A DNA stretch of 64,000 nucleotides from Bacillota bacterium (GTDB lineage Bacteria; Bacillota; Sulfobacillia; RBS10-35; JAJYVN01). The translations under genes and the position numbers were made by a program. The first letter of the stretch is position 1. Each line of letters starts with the position of its first letter. The notes under the pieces are model-generated. The model did not search any database and was not told where the DNA came from. It saw nothing but the letters and a program-made list of their open reading frames with translations. Location of the stretch: positions 17,575 to 81,574 of the forward strand of contig JAJZXK010000002.1 of the NCBI GenBank assembly GCA_021806565.1. The letters are read 5' to 3'. Positions 56,397 through 64,000 of the stretch are shown here, piece by piece.

Positions 56397-57857
56397 ATGC
56401 CCTTTTTCGGTTCCGGATCACAGCGCCGGGCGTCGATGAAGGGCGCGGCGCTGGCATTGGCCGGGGTGCTCGCCGGGTCCCTGCTGCCGCGTCCGGCGGT
56501 ACTGGCCGCATCGCCGGCCCCGTCCCATCCCTTCGCCGCGCTGCGTGCCGCATACACGCTGTTACTCAAGGACTATGCCGGCCACGTCACGCCGCGGCAG
56601 CTCTTGGGGGGCGCGCTACGGGGGATGCTGGCCGCGGCTGGCGACCCGTTCACCACCTACCTTCCGGCGGCGCAGGCGACGGCGCTCGCGCAGAGTCTGA
56701 ACGGCTTCGACGGCATCGGCGTGGTCATCGGCCCCGTCAGCCAGGGGGTGGTCGTCCAGAGCGTCTTTCTGGGCAGCCCGGCGCAGAAGGCCGGCCTGCG
56801 GTCGGGCGACCTGATCGAAGCCGTGAACGGTCATGTGACGGCCGGCCACAGCACCGCCAGGGTGGCCTCCTGGGTGCAGGGGCCGGTGGGCACGCCGGTG
56901 GTGCTGCGGGTGCTGCTGCCCGGCCGCGCGCAGCCCGAAACGCTGACCCTGCACCGGGTGGCGATCGTGCAGCCCACCGTCTTCGGCTCCAGCCCCGCCC
57001 CCGGCATCGGGTTGATCCGCATCACCCGTTTCAGCGCCGGCACGGTCTCCGGGTTCGACGCCGCCTACCAGAAGCTGCGCCAGCAGCCCGGCGGCCTGCG
57101 CGGCTTGGTGATCGACCTGCGCAACAATCCGGGTGGGTATGTGGACGCGGCGCTACGCATCGCCGACCAGTTGGCCCCGGCGGGCCCGCTGCTCAAGGTC
57201 GTGACTGCCAAGGGGCAGGTGACCACTTACAGCGCGCCCGCCCATGCGGCGGCACCCCCGATGGTCGTCTTGGTCAACGGCATGACGGCCAGCGCGGCCG
57301 AGATCCTGTCCGGCGCGCTGCAGTACCGGGGCGCCGCCGCCTTGGTGGGCAGCCGCACCTATGGCAAGGGCAGCATCCAGGAGATGTTCACCCTGCCCGG
57401 TGGACAGCGCGCGAAGATCACGGTGGCCATGGACGAACTGCCCAACGGCCACTCCTGGGAGCACGTGGGCCTGACGCCGAACGTCGCGGCGCTACCGGCC
57501 CCCTCGCCGCTCTCGCAACTGCCGGCGTTCGCCCCGGCCGGTAAGACCAGCGTGGGCCGCGGCCGGATCGGGCTGGACGTGCTGGGCCTGCAGCAACGCC
57601 TCCAGCTGTTGGGATACTACCGGGGTCATCCGGACGGGGTGTATGGACGGATGACCGAGGCCGGGGTGCAGGTGTTCCAGGAGCACGTCCAGCTGCCGCC
57701 GACCGGTGTCGCCACGCCGGCCACCTGGCAGGCGTTGGAGCGGGCGGTGGCGGCCCGCATCCAGCGGCTGCGCAACGCGCCGCGGCCTGACACGGTGCTG
57801 GCCAAGGGGCTGCAGGTCCTGCGGGTGCGGATGGCGGTGGCGCACCCCGGCGGATGA
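56397..57857 (+). CDS. ctpA: C-terminal processing peptidase (S41, CtpA-like) with a PDZ domain and a C-terminal peptidoglycan-binding domain
   Basis: The signal peptide is followed by the PDZ segment ...GIGVVIGPVSQGVVVQSVFLGSPAQKAGLRSGDLIEAVNG. The S41 core reads ...LVIDLRNNPGGYV...VLVNGMTASAAEIL... The C-terminal ...LQQRLQLLGYYRGHPDGVYG... is a PG_binding_1 motif. The ATG at 56397 follows GAGGGGAGA. Confidence 0.8.
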   Translation: MPFFGSGSQRRASMKGAALALAGVLAGSLLPRPAVLAASPAPSHPFAALRAAYTLLLKDYAGHVTPRQLLGGALRGMLAAAGDPFTTYLPAAQATALAQSLNGFDGIGVVIGPVSQGVVVQSVFLGSPAQKAGLRSGDLIEAVNGHVTAGHSTARVASWVQGPVGTPVVLRVLLPGRAQPETLTLHRVAIVQPTVFGSSPAPGIGLIRITRFSAGTVSGFDAAYQKLRQQPGGLRGLVIDLRNNPGGYVDAALRIADQLAPAGPLLKVVTAKGQVTTYSAPAHAAAPPMVVLVNGMTASAAEILSGALQYRGAAALVGSRTYGKGSIQEMFTLPGGQRAKITVAMDELPNGHSWEHVGLTPNVAALPAPSPLSQLPAFAPAGKTSVGRGRIGLDVLGLQQRLQLLGYYRGHPDGVYGRMTEAGVQVFQEHVQLPPTGVATPATWQALERAVAARIQRLRNAPRPDTVLAKGLQVLRVRMAVAHPGG

Positions 57858-59284
57858 TCCCGCGGCGGAGCGGCGTGGCGGAAGGAGGAGACGCGATGGA
57901 ACCGTCGGCGCGCCACGGCCCCCCGGCCGGGTGGCCGGTACCGCTGGAGGGCCAGCCGGTGCGGGTACCGCTTTCCGGCAACGTGCCGGCCGGACCCGCC
58001 GTGCGGGCCCTGCTGGACACGGCGCCGCTGCAGCGGCTACGCGGGGTGCGCCAGTTGGGGTTGGCCCACCTGGTCTATCCGGGCGCGACCCACACCCGCT
58101 TCGAGCACAGCCTGGGCGTCTACGCCACCGGACGCCTCCTGCTCGGTGAGCTTCTGGCGCGCCGCGGCCGCACGCTGCTTGGCGACGCCGACGGCCACGC
58201 CTTTCTGGCCGCCTGCCTGCTGCACGATGTGGGGCACTACCCCTTCTCCCACACCCTCGAGGAGTTGCCGCCCCATCCCGAGGGCCGGGTGCGGGTGCCC
58301 CCCCACGACGAGCGGGCGCGGGCCATCCTGCTCGGCGATCCCGAGGTGGTGCAGGTGCTGCGGCGGCACTGGGCGGCGGAGCCCGAGCGCATCGCCCGCA
58401 TCATCGACGAGCGGTCCACGGACGGAGATCTGGTGGATGGGCGCCTGCGGCACATGCTGTGTGGTCCGCTCAACCCCGACCGCCTGGACTACCTCGGGCG
58501 CGACAGCCAGCACGTCGGCGTGCCGTACGGCCGGGGCATCGATGTCGAGCGGCTACTGGCGGCGATCGACTTCACCGAGGACGGCATGGCGCTGGGGGTG
58601 ACGCCCAAGGGCGTTTCCGCGGTGGAGACGCTGATCTTCGCCTCGTACTTGATGTACCGGGAGATCTACTGGCACCATACGGTGCGCGCCGCCCAGGCCA
58701 TGCTCAAGCGGGCGGTGGCCGCGGCGCTGCTGGACGGGGGGCTGGATCAGGAGCGCTTGGTCGCGGCCGACGACGAGCAGGCGGTGGCCCTGCTGCGGGC
58801 CTGCGCCCACCCGGCGACGCGCGAACTGATGGCGGCGCTCGGACCGGGCCGCGGGCTGTACCGGCGGTTGTACAGCGGTGGCGAGGCGGACATCGAGTCG
58901 CTGCCGGGCGCCGCCGCCCGCGATCTGCTGCACCGGCTGGCGGAGGCCGACGTCTGGGAGGGCGAGCAACTGCTGAGCGCAATGCTCCAGGGCTACGCCA
59001 GGCATATCCGCGCGGACGTGCCGGCCCACCACCTGCTTTTCGACGTCGCCGGGCGGGGCAAGGAGCTCTTTTTCGACATCCCGGTGGTCGGGGGAGACCG
59101 TCCGCGCTCCACGGCGGACCCGGAGGTGTCCCTCATCGCCCCGACGCTGGCGACGAACTTCGACCGCCATGCCAAACGCCTGCAGCTGCTGGCCCATCCC
59201 GACCACGCCAGGGGTCTGGCCGCCTATCTCGGCCTGGGGCCCGTCCGCGACGCGCGCGCCGGCATCCCCGCCGCGGCCCCCTGA
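57854..59284 (+). CDS. HD-domain phosphohydrolase (dGTPase-like)
   Basis: ...ATHTRFEHSLGVYATG... and ...LLHDVGHYPFSH... are the HD motifs of dGTP triphosphohydrolase-like proteins. The start overlaps the ctpA stop, giving an ATGA junction. Confidence 0.7.
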   Translation: MIPRRSGVAEGGDAMEPSARHGPPAGWPVPLEGQPVRVPLSGNVPAGPAVRALLDTAPLQRLRGVRQLGLAHLVYPGATHTRFEHSLGVYATGRLLLGELLARRGRTLLGDADGHAFLAACLLHDVGHYPFSHTLEELPPHPEGRVRVPPHDERARAILLGDPEVVQVLRRHWAAEPERIARIIDERSTDGDLVDGRLRHMLCGPLNPDRLDYLGRDSQHVGVPYGRGIDVERLLAAIDFTEDGMALGVTPKGVSAVETLIFASYLMYREIYWHHTVRAAQAMLKRAVAAALLDGGLDQERLVAADDEQAVALLRACAHPATRELMAALGPGRGLYRRLYSGGEADIESLPGAAARDLLHRLAEADVWEGEQLLSAMLQGYARHIRADVPAHHLLFDVAGRGKELFFDIPVVGGDRPRSTADPEVSLIAPTLATNFDRHAKRLQLLAHPDHARGLAAYLGLGPVRDARAGIPAAAP

Positions 59285-59666
59285 CGCCGCGGCTGGTGCC
59301 CTCCGCCGCGCAGCACCTCCCAGCCACCCGCCGGACGGTGGACCCTTCACGTGCCGCGCCGCGCGGTGCCGCCAGCCCGGTTCCTCCGCGAATGCCGCTG
59401 CGACCACCTCACGCCCCCGCGCCGAACCGGGGTCTGCTGGCAGCGATGCCCTGACCGCCAGGGCGCGATGTGTGCCGGAACCCGGAAGGAATCGGGTCGG
59501 GCCGCCCGAACGGCGTGCCAGCGGTGTCCGCAGAGGACCCGACCGCCGCCCCCGCCCGTGAGGCCGGGGGTGTGGAGAGGAGGCGGGACCAAAAGGGCGG
59601 GCGGGGGATGGTACGGGCGCCGGACCGCATCGACCCGGCTCCACTCGTGCGGCGGGGGGAGTGGCC

Positions 59667-60624
59667 TGTGGGCATTCAAGCGCGCATTCGAAGATACGGT
59701 CTAATCGGTATGGCCGCCCTTGGCCTGATCCTGCTCAGCGCCTGCTCCGCCGGCAAGCCGGCCGGCAACGGTTCCAAGACGTCCGCGGCGAAGGGCGCGA
59801 CGGCGGCCGCGGCGACCACCGCGCACTACGCCACCATGCTGGCGGCTTCCATCAAGCTCGCGACCGGGACCAAGGTCGCGCTGTGCGGCTTTCCGCTCAA
59901 GGCCTGCCCGCGCAACGCCGTCGGGCACGTGACGGCCCACCAGCCCAAGGCGCAGACGGTCGGCAACTTTTCCGAGGTCGATCTGACCCATTACTTCCAG
60001 TCCGACGCTATCATTCCACCCCAGAAGATCAGCACCGCCAAGGCCGGGGTGCCGCCCTATAAAGGGGTGGGCAAGTATAAGCTGGCGGGCACCGGCAACG
60101 GCCTGAGCGTCGGGTCGATCCCCGTCCCGTACGCCCCGAATACGGGCACCTGGCAGGTGCCGATCACCTGGCAGGGGCATACACTGAAGGTACCGTTCCT
60201 GATGCCGGCCGGCGGCGTGGGCGTCAAGAACGCCTTTGATTGGGACAAGCAGTTGACCATCACCGTTCCGGCCGGCAAGTATCTCGGGTTCTGGCTGCTG
60301 GAGACGGGCATCAACGGTGGCGGCGGTCCCACCAACGTCAGCGCGGTGTACAAGGGCGGCACGGTTCGCAAGTACGGCGTGTACTACCAGCCGAACTGCA
60401 ACACGGCGACGTCGCTGCCGCAGTTTTTGGTGTACGCCTCCCCGTATTTCCTGACCGCGACCGGGGTGAACACGGGCTGCCACGTGCTGTTCGCCGAGGC
60501 GGTACCGATCAACCCCAGCCACACGCTGACCAAGTTGGTGTTCCCGGCCAACAAGATCAACGTGAACAACAAGATGGTGATCATGTCCCTGACGCTGCAA
60601 AAGCCTGCTCCCAAGAAGGGCTGA
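59667..60624 (+). CDS. Hypothetical secreted lipoprotein
   Basis: The N-terminus is typical of lipoproteins: a basic region (VGIQARIRRYG), a hydrophobic core and a lipobox LLSAC. The mature protein is Gly/Thr/Asn-rich and beta-rich. No family is recognised. A GTG start is likely. Confidence 0.5.
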
Positions 60625-60670
60625 ACCCCCGGCCGGGGACCGCGCGTCGGTCCCCGGCCACCCCGGTCGG

Positions 60671-63600
60671 TCAGCGCGCGCCTGGGTCCAGGGCCACGGC
60701 GCTGGATTGGTGTAGCGCCAGCCAAACGATCCAGGCCTCGCGCACCGGCTTGCGCCACGCCGAGGCCGCCGCCGCCGCATACAGCCGCAACTGCCGGCTG
60801 TAGCGCGCCACCGCCTCGGCGCGGGCAATGCGGCCGGCCGGCCGGTCGGTCTTGTAGTCGATCAGCAGCAGGCCTTGCGGTTCCACTGCCAAGGCGTCGA
60901 TCACGCCCTGGACCAACACCCATTCGCCGGGCGCGGTCTGGCCGATCCCGTGGCGTAGGGTGAAGGGCACCTCCCGCCGCAGGCACCCCGCGGCCGCGGC
61001 CCGCCGCAGGCGCAGGCCCAGGGGGCCGGACCAGAAGCGGGCCAGGGCGTCCAGGTCGACGGCGGCGCCCACCGCCGGGGTAATGCCCCCCGCCGTGACC
61101 AGGGTGTCGCGGGTGCGCACCAGGGCGGGCCGGTCGCACGGGCCGGCGGCGTCCACCCACTGCTGCACCAGGTGGGTCGCCTGACCGAGTTCCACTGCAT
61201 CCACCGCGGGCCGGCGCACGGTCCGTTCCCTGGGCGAAACGTCCAACGCCGACTCCGGGTCCGGCGCGGCCGGCTCCTGCTGGCCGTCGGGCTCCTCCCG
61301 CCGCAACTCGCCCACGGATCGTTTGCCCGCCAGTTGCCGCGCCGCCGCCCAGGGGTATGTCCAGGCGGCTTCCGCCTCCAGGCGCCGCACCGTGCCGGGG
61401 TCGGAGGCCGCCGGTTCCGGCGCGGCCAGCTGCGCATACGGCTCGGACACAGCTGGCGGCGGGCCGATGTGCAATTGCCAGGGGCCGGCTTGGATGGAGG
61501 CCGTCGTGCCCTGCGCGAGGGCGGATTCCAGGGCCGGTTCGGCCGCCAGGCAGGGGCCGATCCAGGAAAGCCAGGAGGATCCCTCGGCCAGGTCCGACGG
61601 TCCGCCGGTGCGGGCCGCAAGCGCCCACGCCTGCGCGGCTTCCGGCAGCGGGGCCGTCCCGACCAGCGCCAGGTGTTCGCGGGCCCGTGTGAGCGCCACA
61701 TACAGGGTCCGCAACTCCTCGGCGCGTTCGTCGTCCCGCCGGGCCGCCTGAACGGTGGCGTGGCGCAGGGTCGGCCAGCGGCGGAGTTTGGCCAGGTCGA
61801 CGGCCCGCACCCCGATGCCCAGGCCACGGTGGAGCAGGATGTCCTGGCGCGGTCCGTCGCCGTGGAAGCGCCGGCCCAGGCCGGCCACGACCACACAGGG
61901 GAACTCCAGCCCCTTGCTGCCGTGGACCGACAGGATGCGCACCGCGTCCCCGGCGGACGCCGCGGCCTCGGCGACCGTTTCCTGGCGGCCGCCGTGCTCC
62001 AGCCGGTCGATGAGCCGGGCCAAGTCCATGTCCGGGTCGTCCTCGGCCCGGCGGCATTCTTCCATGAGCCATTGCAGCGTCCGCCGCCGCTGCGTGCCCG
62101 TCGGCAGACCGGCGGTGCGTGGCGCGCTGCGCTCCAGCACCGGGCGCAGCAGCGCGGAGAACCGTCCGGCCCGCGCCACGGTGCGCCAGCGCTCGAAGTC
62201 GGCCAGCCAGGCGGACGCGCGCGCCGCCCGCGCATCATTTTTGGAGGCACAACCGCGCAGGGCCTGCCAGAAGGGGCCCCCGGGCGCCGCCAACCGAATG
62301 GCCGCCAGATCGGAATCGTCCATGCAGCCGAACGGGCCGCGCAGGGCGGCCGCCAGTTGGATGTCCTGGCGGGGGTTGTCCAGGGCGCGCAGCCAGGCCA
62401 GAACGTCCCGGCCCTCACGGCTGTTGGCGTGCCCGCCGGGGTCCGCCGTCCAGACGGGCAGGCCCCGGGCCTGAAGTGCCTTGGCATAGACCTCGGCCCG
62501 GCCCCGCAGGGCCCGCAGCAGGATGGCCACGTCGCGGGGTTCCACCGGCCGAGTGGCGTCCGCCTCCTGCACCCGGCCGCCTTCCAGCCAGCCACAGACG
62601 AGGTCGGCCACCGCCGCGGCCTCCCGCTCGAGTGCGGTGCCGCCATCCCGCCAGGCGGGCCCCTGGCCCGTGTCGTCGCCGTTGTCCATCGTCTCGGCGT
62701 CGGAGGCGTCCGGCGGTTCCGCTTCGGTGTCCTCCCAGTCGGTCCGCCCCTGGGCGTCGGCATTGAGCAGGACGACCTGCACGGGGGCCGATGCTCCGGC
62801 GTACGCGGCGCCTGGGACCATGGGCTGAGCCCGCTGCGCGGGGATGCCGGAGCCGGCGGCGCGAAACAGGGTGCCGAACAGGGCGTGGACGGCCTCAAGA
62901 ACGGGCCGGCGGCTGCGGAAGTTGTGGGTCAGCGGCGTCAGGGATCCCTCGCCGGCGGCGCAGCGTTCGGCGTGGGCCAGCAGTCGGCGCGGGTCCGCGA
63001 GGCGGAAGCCATAGATGCTCTGGCGCATGTCGCCGACGAGAAAGAGGTCTTTCCCTTCCGCCACGGCCTGCAGCAGGGCGTCCTGCACCGGGTTGAGGTC
63101 CTGGGCCTCGTCGACGAGCACTTCGCGGTAGCGGCCGCGCACCTCGGCGGCCGCGGGACCGCGCAGTAGCGCCAGGCAATCGGACTCCAGGTCAGCGAAG
63201 TCCAGGGCGTGCATGCGGGCCTTGGCGGCGGTGTAGGCGGTGTCGAGGTCTGCCACCAGGGCGCACAGGGCCTGGATGGCCGGGGCGGTCGCGCCGGCCT
63301 CGGCTGCGAGTTCCGTCCAGGGGCGGGCCAGCGGGCCGGCGGCGATCGCGCCGAGTGCCTCTTTCGCCGCGTCGCGCAGGGTGCGGATGCGCGTGGCGAC
63401 CTCGTCGTCCGCGCCGCCGCCCTTGGGTGCCAGCTTCGCGAAGCCGGCGGTCCGCAGCCGCTGCGCCCCCAGGTCCCAGCCCTCCGGGTCGAGGGTGTCC
63501 TGGATCAGGACGTCCAGCATCTGGATGTCTGCGGCGAGCGTGCGCGCATACCCCCCGAGACCGGGGGCACCGTCGGCGAGGCGCTGGGCCTGGAGCAGGG

Positions 63601-64000
63601 TCCGCCGCACCGCCCGCAGCCGGCGCTCGCGTAGAGAAAGGCCATCGCCGGCGGGACAGGTGCAGGACTCCCGCGCCTGCCGCTCCAGCCAGTCCTCCGG
63701 GTCGGCCACCCCGCGCATGAAGGCGTGCAGTCCGGTGACGAGCCCTGGAAGCTCATGGCGCAGCCGGCCCCCGCCATAACCGGACACCAGGGCTTGCAGG
63801 TCTGCGGAGGGCCGGGCGGCGCGCTCGGTCAGCAGCCGCTCCAGGCATTCGTCGCGGCAGGCGTCCGCCTCCGGGCCGTCCAGGACGCGGAAGGCCGGGT
63901 CCAGCCCCTGGGCCGCGAAGTGGCGGCGCAGCGTCCGCTCGCAAAAGCCATGCACGGTGGTGATGTCCGCCTGGGGCAGGAGCCAGGCGGAGCGTTCCAA
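60671..64000 (-). CDS. addA: AddA/RecB-type (UvrD-superfamily-1) helicase-nuclease, 3-prime portion; the N-terminus lies beyond the window
   Basis: The helicase motifs include ...LVDEAQDLNPVQDALL... and ...VHGSKGLEFPCVVVAG... The C-terminal PD-(D/E)xK nuclease reads ...GVIDALAVEPQGLLLIDYKTDR...YSRQLRLYAAA. The ORF remains open at position 64000. Confidence 0.75.
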   Translation of the reverse strand: MERSAWLLPQADITTVHGFCERTLRRHFAAQGLDPAFRVLDGPEADACRDECLERLLTERAARPSADLQALVSGYGGGRLRHELPGLVTGLHAFMRGVADPEDWLERQARESCTCPAGDGLSLRERRLRAVRRTLLQAQRLADGAPGLGGYARTLAADIQMLDVLIQDTLDPEGWDLGAQRLRTAGFAKLAPKGGGADDEVATRIRTLRDAAKEALGAIAAGPLARPWTELAAEAGATAPAIQALCALVADLDTAYTAAKARMHALDFADLESDCLALLRGPAAAEVRGRYREVLVDEAQDLNPVQDALLQAVAEGKDLFLVGDMRQSIYGFRLADPRRLLAHAERCAAGEGSLTPLTHNFRSRRPVLEAVHALFGTLFRAAGSGIPAQRAQPMVPGAAYAGASAPVQVVLLNADAQGRTDWEDTEAEPPDASDAETMDNGDDTGQGPAWRDGGTALEREAAAVADLVCGWLEGGRVQEADATRPVEPRDVAILLRALRGRAEVYAKALQARGLPVWTADPGGHANSREGRDVLAWLRALDNPRQDIQLAAALRGPFGCMDDSDLAAIRLAAPGGPFWQALRGCASKNDARAARASAWLADFERWRTVARAGRFSALLRPVLERSAPRTAGLPTGTQRRRTLQWLMEECRRAEDDPDMDLARLIDRLEHGGRQETVAEAAASAGDAVRILSVHGSKGLEFPCVVVAGLGRRFHGDGPRQDILLHRGLGIGVRAVDLAKLRRWPTLRHATVQAARRDDERAEELRTLYVALTRAREHLALVGTAPLPEAAQAWALAARTGGPSDLAEGSSWLSWIGPCLAAEPALESALAQGTTASIQAGPWQLHIGPPPAVSEPYAQLAAPEPAASDPGTVRRLEAEAAWTYPWAAARQLAGKRSVGELRREEPDGQQEPAAPDPESALDVSPRERTVRRPAVDAVELGQATHLVQQWVDAAGPCDRPALVRTRDTLVTAGGITPAVGAAVDLDALARFWSGPLGLRLRRAAAAGCLRREVPFTLRHGIGQTAPGEWVLVQGVIDALAVEPQGLLLIDYKTDRPAGRIARAEAVARYSRQLRLYAAAAASAWRKPVREAWIVWLALHQSSAVALDPGAR

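Noticed and set aside
59284-59666. GC-rich 380-bp leader upstream of the lipoprotein gene with several short stem-loops, considered as a riboswitch.
   Set aside because: I cannot match it to any known riboswitch consensus by eye. An Infernal/Rfam scan would be needed.
1-64000. Search for tRNA, rRNA and CRISPR.
   Set aside because: No T-loop consensus, rRNA-like conserved blocks or spaced direct repeats were seen. I would still run tRNAscan-SE to confirm.

Overview
This is a very GC-rich window, roughly 70% by eye, from a bacterial chromosome. It is densely coded on both strands and many short-overlap gene junctions (ATGA/GTGA) suggest translational coupling. Purine-rich ribosome-binding sites of the AGGAGG type are frequent. 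I found no rRNA, tRNA or CRISPR. The gene content is mostly housekeeping and accessory metabolism. It includes two Cys-type sulfatases, a DUF1080 hydrolase, three Gfo/Idh/MocA oxidoreductases, two xylose-isomerase-like TIM-barrel proteins, two aldo/keto reductases, a GH-like secreted protein, and a CBM9-like lipoprotein. Transport genes include three fused ABC exporters, two of them in a coupled pair, two Opp/Dpp-type ATPases with no partner permease or binding protein, and an MscS channel. Other recognisable genes are glyA, anmK, a TrpB2-like enzyme, a CtpA S41 protease, a LysM/SleB-like wall hydrolase, an HD-domain dGTPase-like protein, and the 3-prime part of an AddA/UvrD-type helicase-nuclease running off the right edge. 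The main points of interest follow. (1) A complete IS4-family insertion sequence at 14380-15734 with 18-19 bp inverted repeats and a 13-14 bp target duplication. (2) A split SOS mutagenesis locus: an imuB-like gene plus a coupled 81-aa ORF at 33027-34450, and dnaE2 at 37747-40881. Each has a Cheo-type GAAC-N4-GTTC operator inside an identical 11-nt GAATGGGAACA context. No imuA is present, and a Rieske-like gene, an unknown gene and a transglutaminase-like gene lie between imuB and dnaE2. (3) A roughly 1 kb low-GC island at about 31.9-32.8 kb. It encodes a four-TM protein of unknown family, divergent from imuB across the putative LexA operator. (4) An ECF sigma factor followed by an anti-sigma-like membrane protein whose extracytoplasmic part is a bc1-type Rieske-like domain with a His to Asp change. 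A five-copy 12-bp tandem repeat sits at the gene junction. (5) A sulfur-trafficking cluster: DUF1641, an SQR-like flavoprotein, TusA and DsrE. (6) A small-protein plus JAB/MPN two-gene operon, a GNAT-methyltransferase fusion, a glycine-zipper-tailed hypothetical, a frameshifted SRPBCC gene and an IS110 transposase remnant. Gene starts are inferred by eye and may be off by a few codons.
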